In this document: one piece after another, positions 53,251 to 64,000 of the stretch
Layout of the letters: each line of letters begins with the position of its first letter
How positions within the stretch are numbered: position 1 is the first letter of the stretch
Origin: Phoronis australis
Lineage: Eukaryota > Animalia > Phoronida
Length of the DNA: 64,000 nucleotides
NCBI GenBank assembly: GCA_002633005.1
Contig: NMRA01000381.1
Span: 59,057 to 123,056 of the forward strand
Direction: 5' to 3'
Program-made: the position numbers and the translations under genes
Notes under the pieces: model-generated
The model's input: only the letters and a program-made list of their open reading frames with translations
The model's database searches: none
Told to the model about the DNA's origin: nothing

Positions 53251-54310
53251 TTGGACATCCTTAGAGGGGAAATTCGCATCCCTTGAATCATCTAGCCTTC
53301 AAATGCAGTCAGTTGCCTCTTTTCTTAAATAAAACAAATTCCCAATCACTGGAAAAAGAGGGCACTAGAATAAAAAACTGTGAATTTGGTACCTGTTTAT
53401 CTTCAGTTCCAGAGAAGATTTTCTAATCATTTGTAATTGAAAAAGTTCATAGACTGTATTTTAATTACATTACACAATTTTATACTCATAATTTGTTATG
53501 ACCACTAATTTTGGAAAAGACCTTCCTGTTAATTTGCTTGTAATGTTGGCTCCCAGTAACATCATAAACTTAATGAATATTAAATATCAAAGTTCTTCAA
53601 TTTACTGCAATAGATGGAGAAACAGAATGAAAATTAAAAAATTCATTTTCAACACTTAGAGCTTACCAAATCCAACATCTGGCACCTACCCCAGATTCTG
53701 GGAAATAACCTATTTTTGCGATAGATACAATTATCACGAGCTGCAAATTAGGTATGTTTCAGTCAATGGAGGCAAAAGAATATATTTTCGTTTCTGCTAA
53801 TATTTATTCATAGAAAAGCCACAAAAGTGTCTGGATAAGGGCACTCTTCCTAGGCTGCCAATAACCACAGGCACCTTGCTCGTCCTTGCTGCAACCGGTT
53901 GGCTACTCGTGGGACAAACTCCAAAATAATTAATTTTTCTCACCTTTTTTCCCAAATATGTTCATTGTGATGGTTAAATAAAACTTGGAATATACGTTCG
54001 AAGAGATCTTTTTGTTTTACTGTGGTCGATTAAAGTATGATTTTCCAAACAAGCAAAGTTATGTTACGGAAGCGCTACAGTACAGCGACACAGGCACAGC
54101 TTTTAAACAATGGCAGTGGCCATGTTTGTTTATAATTTCATACTCTCGTAAAATAGTTTCTGGGTGTTTAGCTTAATCGCTAATGAAAAATAATGTATTA
54201 CTTTGTTAAAAAAATGCAATATCATTTATTACTAAACAAAAACAATAACAATGAGCATACCTGTTTTATTTTTAAAAGTAGAAGTAAGTCTCCAACTAGA
54301 TTTCCACACA

Positions 54311-54321
54311 AGTCATGTGAC
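54311..54321 (+). promoter_or_regulatory. M-box/CLEAR-like E-box just upstream of the DUF1349 start codon
   Basis: AGTCATGTGAC, 20 nt before ATG 54342. Confidence 0.35.
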
Positions 54322-54341
54322 TGTCACGGGATAGAAGTACG

Positions 54342-55830
54342 ATGGCGGCTGCTACTGAACAAGTTCTTTTTGATCACAATTTTCAAGATTCTCAGTTACC
54401 TTCTGAGTTAAAGTGGTTGAATAAGCCGCAGAAAGTTGACAGTGCAGCATCTGGGGATCGTGGGATTCGCATTTTTAGCGTTCGTTTTCTCTTTTTTCCG
54501 TGACTTGTCAAAAATCAGGCGTGGCTTTTTAAAATTTTATCTGGCGTTCATGACGAGATGTAGGCAATGACCATCGCCCCTGTTGTGTTGGCCCGAAGCA
54601 GAGGCGATGTAGAGGCTATAGGCTCTCTGTACGCCGGAATCTTTTCGGCGAATTATGCCTCGCACCGACTAAGGCATCAAAGTCACGTTGTTACAAATAC
54701 CTTTTGCGCATAGAGGAACACCTTAGGAGGTTGTCGATGTGTTTAATTCCTTCCAACTCGAACAAATACTCCCGTTATGAAACTTTTTCTTCGAGCAGTC
54801 CCTATTTCAGTTCCCAAAATCGTGAACTCAACTTCTTCATTTTTTTAACCAGGCCGAAGGTCAGAAGTTGCGGACCTACCGGCGAACTTTGAAAGCTGAA
54901 GTTCCCGCCCTTGGCGTACGTGCTGCCGGGAACCAGCCGTGCATTTGCCGTGTTGTTAAACATTAAAATGTCAAATATGTGCAAAAAGACTATTAAATGT
55001 CATATCAACAGCATTTGTTTTTATCAAATACAAACAATGATTCATTGAAATACAATCAGTTTCAAGTAACGCCAATTAAAGACAAGTATAAGTGNATGAC
55101 GAGATGAAGACTAACGTCAAAATAAAGCTAGGAGCTGTGTGTTAATGACACATAGACCTCGAAAATAACTTGCAAAAATAAAGCAATTGTGAAATAGTAA
55201 CTGAAATCACGCTAACTTTAAATGGCATCGTAAAGACTTGACTTGCGGACTGCGGATTACGTGTCCATTTAGTACTTAGTACTTAGTACTTAGTACTAAC
55301 TCAGTAGTAAATGAGTTTTTGGGGACTTCGCATACAATGAGAGAGGTTCAGTAGGCAGTGCAAATGTGTCTGGATTTGCAGAAGGTATTTGGGGGGTAAC
55401 AGGCTGTAACTGTAGAAAATCTAATATGTAGTGTGTGAAATGTCCACAGCTTTACGAAATTAATGTTTTATTTCAGGATGCGAAGTCGGACTTTTGGCAG
55501 AAGTGAGTACCAATATTCACCTACTGGATAATATATCTGTTTGTGTGTAAATGTGCATCCATGAATCCATTTGTGTCCTAGTACTAGTTAATCATACTAT
55601 ATGTTCATGTTTACCTACAAATTTTCTCAGAATTTTGTCAAGCGCTGAACAAAATATTCTATTTTAGGACATACTACGAACCATTATTACAAGCGGACAA
55701 TGGGCATTTATTGTACTACAGTGTTGATAAGCCAAAGGTTGTCATGGAAGCGGATATGAAAGTAGTGGCTGCTAACCAATTTGACCAGGTAATGCCTTGA
55801 TTTAAATTAGATGTGTTTGTTTATAGGTAG

Positions 55831-55888
<58 letters not shown>

Positions 55889-58672
55889 ATTAGAACCAGT
55901 CTAGAGTTGTGGGCGTGTGTACAAGGCAAACTGACTAGAAACTGTGGTATTACTAAGTTTGTTTCTCTGATGAACAGATGGCAGTTTTCATCTGAATGAA
56001 TTTGAATTCTCAGAACTTCTGAATTAGGCTTTGCATTTTAATTGTTCTCCACTTTGAAAGTTTGTCTTACATGTGTATCCGTAACGTATTTTGGTCGTGA
56101 TAGACCGGCCCGAAAAGCCTCCCCTCATTTTGGGATAGTTTGAAATTCCTGAGTAAACCACATGCTTTTATTTGGCTGGTAACATGCGATTTCACGCTAA
56201 TACACATTAGCTGATGGAATTAAGATAAGAGCTGCCTAACGAAACAACACGTCTGTTTTCACTTTTTTGCTCTTCTGATGGATTTAAACTAATAGAAGAT
56301 TCGAAATCTTCATAAAATTTTGACTTCTGTTCATGCCTCCTTTGTAGATATTGAAGTTTTAGCTGAGGTCGCTTCATTCAGATCAGCAAGTAACATTTAG
56401 TATTACTATGCGGTAAAACAGTTTCCTTTGTTTTAAATTTTATATCCGAATTTCAATTACACTAATAATTTCAAAGTATATACACAGAAATTAGCATGGA
56501 ATATTAGTTAATTTGAATTAAAATTCCGGAGAAAGTAACAAATTTTACAAATTTATGAATCTGCAATGGTCTAATTTGCGCAGTGCCACATTATTCTAAG
56601 TAATCAGTTCTCGTAGGTGTCATGAGCACATGTGTAAGTTGTAAAGTTTTGTCGTTTTTGCCATTTCAAAATGAGAGTGATGGGTGACCATGCTCAAGCA
56701 CATACATTTTTGTCGTAAAGCGATAATCCCGATGAAAATTATACGAAAAATGAATAATTTGAAGAGTTAACAAATTTTGTCAGAAGTCATTGTGAAGGAA
56801 GTTGGACAAAAAACAACACTAAAATTGATGACATGTACCGAAAGTTTTTGCTTCAAAATTCCTTCTATTTTTCACAAGAATTATCGTGAACTTTTTAAGA
56901 CCACCACATTACGATCAATGCTGAACAGTGGTTTGACCATGACTTGGTTATTTGGTGGTTATACCATCCACAAACACGCATGTGTTACAAGTTCTGTATC
57001 CGTGTTTGTTAAAAATGAATTTTAAAAAGAGTATATTGAAGCTATCGAACATTATAAACGACAGGTACGTTATCATGCGACTTGATTGTGCTTTTCCTGA
57101 ACCTCCTAAGTCTGGAGATATTGGATTAAGTAAACTTGTCGAAAAAGTGCTGTCAGTACTGTATAAACTTAATGTTGAGTGGTGTTCTTGAATCGTAAAT
57201 TTGGCCACCGAAAAAAGTTTCATACATGAATGTTGTGTTGACGTTCAAGGCATCTCACCATTCACTTAAAAGTAGTTCCATCGCCAGACCAGGCGTAATT
57301 ATGTTTATTGCCGCCACAGCCAAGTGGGTAACGAACCATTGAAATCGCTGATAAAAGCATGTCAAGTTTATATTCCCTGTAACCCCTGAGATTCTTTCAC
57401 CATCATTTTACATTATGTAAAAAGAAACTGTGATTATAACAAATTGTATTATTTTTCATATATGACTTTGTGAAATTATCATTCTGTTTTTTTCCAGGGT
57501 GGTCTGATGGTGTATATTGATACAGATCATTGGATAAAGACAGTAAGCATGATAAACAAACATTTGAAGCAAGAAAACAGCCAGTGATATTGACTCAGAT
57601 GTGTTTTACAGAATTAGCGACTTTATCATGGTAGATTAAGATGCGGCCATAAGGCTAACGTGCTACATTTTGAATTTTTACTACACTCTGAATGAGTTAG
57701 AAATGATGTTATAAGTAACACCCTTGTGTCATTTTCATTGCATTCTAGCGAGATGTACCACATTTCTTTGTTGAGAATTAGTAACCCACCCCCAACAAGT
57801 ATTGCAAGGTTTTAACTTCAAATACGGTTATTTGGGGAAATAACTTGGAGTTATGAAGAGTTATTGCACCACCAAGAAATTAACACTTCATTTTCTTCTG
57901 CATGTAATTTTATAACCACTAAACACGTTAGGTTCTTAATTAGTCCAGCATTGCATCATCATATGAAATCAGACTGTATAATTTGGTCTAATGGGATGGT
58001 GAGATGTTCCTTCATGTTAGCCTGCGAATTTGACTCTGCTGTAGGGACTGGAGTATGTAGATGGAGTATACCAGCTGAGCTGTGTAGTGACAAATGTTTA
58101 CAGCGACTGGTCATGCCAAGCTTGGTCTGGTCCTGCATTGTCACTGAGACTGTGGAAAATTGGTGACAGTTATGTGGTAAGTGGATTTAAACTTCCAACG
58201 GCTTTGTTTGAAGAATGAAATGTTTACTATGAGTGGAAGATAAACCTGCATTTTTATAAAATCCATGGCATTCTTTGTTTCGAGGCATGTGCACCTAGTC
58301 ATGTGAAATCGATACCTTTTCCTGGCAATCTTTGGAGTTAAAACACTTGCTCATGAGTTGGGCCAAACGTTTTCAGAAAATGTGTCTCTTAGTATTCTTA
58401 TATTGACCAACATTTTAAAATACTTCAAACCATTCTCCAACAATCTAGTGTATATTCCTTCTCCTATGTCTGCTGTCTTGTTATAGGTCGAGAGTAAAGA
58501 CTCGTCATCAGATAAGTGGACATTCTTTCGAATAGCTCACCTAGACCATGGTAGTTCTGGAGATCAGGTGAAGATGGGGGTGTTTACTGCAGCACCCAAG
58601 GATGCTGGAACCTACACACTAGTAAAACACCTCAATCTAAAAACTACATCTGGACACAGTCATCATAGTTAA
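54342..58672 (+). CDS. DUF1349 / Ree1 (regulation of enolase 1)-like concanavalin-A-fold protein, 215 aa, 6 exons
   Basis: Exons 54342-54479, 55477-55502, 55668-55788, 57498-57542, 58045-58176, 58487-58672, all GT-AG and phase-consistent. They give MAAATEQ...LKWLNKP...DAKSDFWQKTYYEPLLQADNGHLLY...NQFDQGGLMVYIDTDHWIKTGLEYVDG...LSCVVTNVYSDWS...W.FFRIAHL...MGVFTAAP...GHSHHS*. WxNxP, DFW, DNGH, DQxGL, WIKxGxE and VVT..SDWS are DUF1349 family motifs. Confidence 0.9.
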
Positions 58673-59453
58673 AATGCTGTGTTCACATGATGGGTTAACA
58701 TTTATTTGTTTTCCCTTATTATTTATCATAGTACTTGTGTGATTGCCAATAATTGCTTTGAATTAATTACAAACTAAAGAATCTATTCTGTGTAAATTGT
58801 GCCATTGTGATATCTCAGGTTGATAGGGACCCAGTGCAATTCATATTTCGATGTTGTTACAAAAGTTGATTTTTGAAATAGCTACGCCATATAGAAATTC
58901 ACCATTTCGCCAGACAGTGATCAGGTCTTTGGTGGACAGGTGTAATGCGGACGGAGGTTTTAACTTACAGGTTAAAAAGTGTTTGAATACCTTTCCCGAT
59001 ATCATAACACTGGCATATTTCTACTGCTGTGCACTGGGTTATGCTAATGTCTTTCATAAAAAGACAAACCTCTTGAAATGTCCATAGATGAAAAACATGT
59101 TCCATGCATTTCCTGTTGCAAAGAAAAATCTGCACCCTGCCTAGTCAGTGGCTGCGACTAACAAAGCAGGAGAATTTCAGTTAGTGAACGTTACCTAATC
59201 AAGCAATGGGAGGGACTGGCAATGGAATTTATTCTTATAAAAAGAATTAATTAACCACTATGAAGCTGTCCACCAAATTTGTCGTAATCAAGCATAAGTA
59301 GCTTTCACACTCTCATTACTCAAGACAGCATGGTGCTATAATGTGATGTGTCCGTGTTAAGCTCACTAAGAATCATTTTTTCAAGTTGCCTCGGACACTC
59401 AGTTTCAGTAATCAAGATACAAAAATGACAAATGACCACATAGAATGAGACTG

Positions 59454-59459
59454 TTTATT
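59454..59459 (-). other. Candidate polyadenylation signal of PSMC2
   Basis: AATAAA on the minus strand ~100 nt after the stop codon. Confidence 0.55.
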
Positions 59460-59556
59460 TTACAAGACTTTACATCATCTAAGAAACTGTTCTGTACATT
59501 TTGACTGTAGTTACATTGAATTGATAAATATAACACAAATGAGTCCTCAAAACACT

Positions 59557-63768
<4,212 letters not shown>

Positions 63769-64000
63769 CTGTAAATAGAACAAGATCAATCAAAACAGAT
63801 AGGACTAATTTGAAAACAATTAAAATTTCATTTGGTTACTTTCACAAAGCCAGTTTGCTGATGTAAATTCAGTAAAGCTAGTCACTTGCCATTATGTTCT
63901 GAGGTAACAACAGAAAAAGGTTTCGCATATCAGCTTCTCCAGTAAATTAAAGTAGATATCAGATAAAAAAGATGAGGGCTGTTCCAGCAAAATCTGTATG

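Noticed and set aside
56777-57223. Possible transposase or gene remnant in DUF1349 intron 3
   Set aside because: No motif I can recognise; not supportable without a database search.
57864-58166. 100-aa ORF from the track
   Set aside because: Wrong frame; the real exon is 58045-58176 of the DUF1349 gene.
54342-58672. Bacterial contamination as the source of the DUF1349 gene
   Set aside because: Five canonical spliceosomal introns, and exons 2-6 are contiguous with PSMC2 with no intervening gap.

Overview
AT-rich, intron-rich animal (invertebrate-type) genomic DNA, not prokaryotic; most short ORFs in the supplied track are noise. Reading splice sites by hand gives four spliced genes: (1) the 5' ankyrin-repeat half of a TRPA1-like channel (minus strand, 5 exons, 19.3 kb to 4.8 kb, continuing off the left edge); (2) a nearly complete PLEKHM1-like RUN + Rubicon-homology (RH) gene (minus, 15 clear exons plus a probable first exon, 49.0 to 24.4 kb) with no PH-domain exons found; (3) a complete 6-exon, 215-aa DUF1349/Ree1-like gene (plus, 54342-58672) that is absent from the ORF track; (4) the last five exons of the proteasome AAA-ATPase PSMC2/Rpt1 (minus). 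Introns are packed with mobile DNA: an RTE LINE nested in a Kolobok derivative, a larger Kolobok carrying THAP and P2X7-ballast-like (KolX-type) remnants, a DD37D (maT) Tc1/mariner element, Tc2/pogo-type non-autonomous elements, CR1/L2-group LINE 3' ends, Gypsy-like LTR and gag relics, MITEs and minisatellites. The most striking non-coding signal is a Helentron-like (HINE) repeat, present four times, whose ~145-bp internal subunits each carry a co-oriented CTCF-consensus-like motif. All three single-N joins appear to separate filled and empty alleles of polymorphic insertions. All calls are from manual reading; no searches were run.
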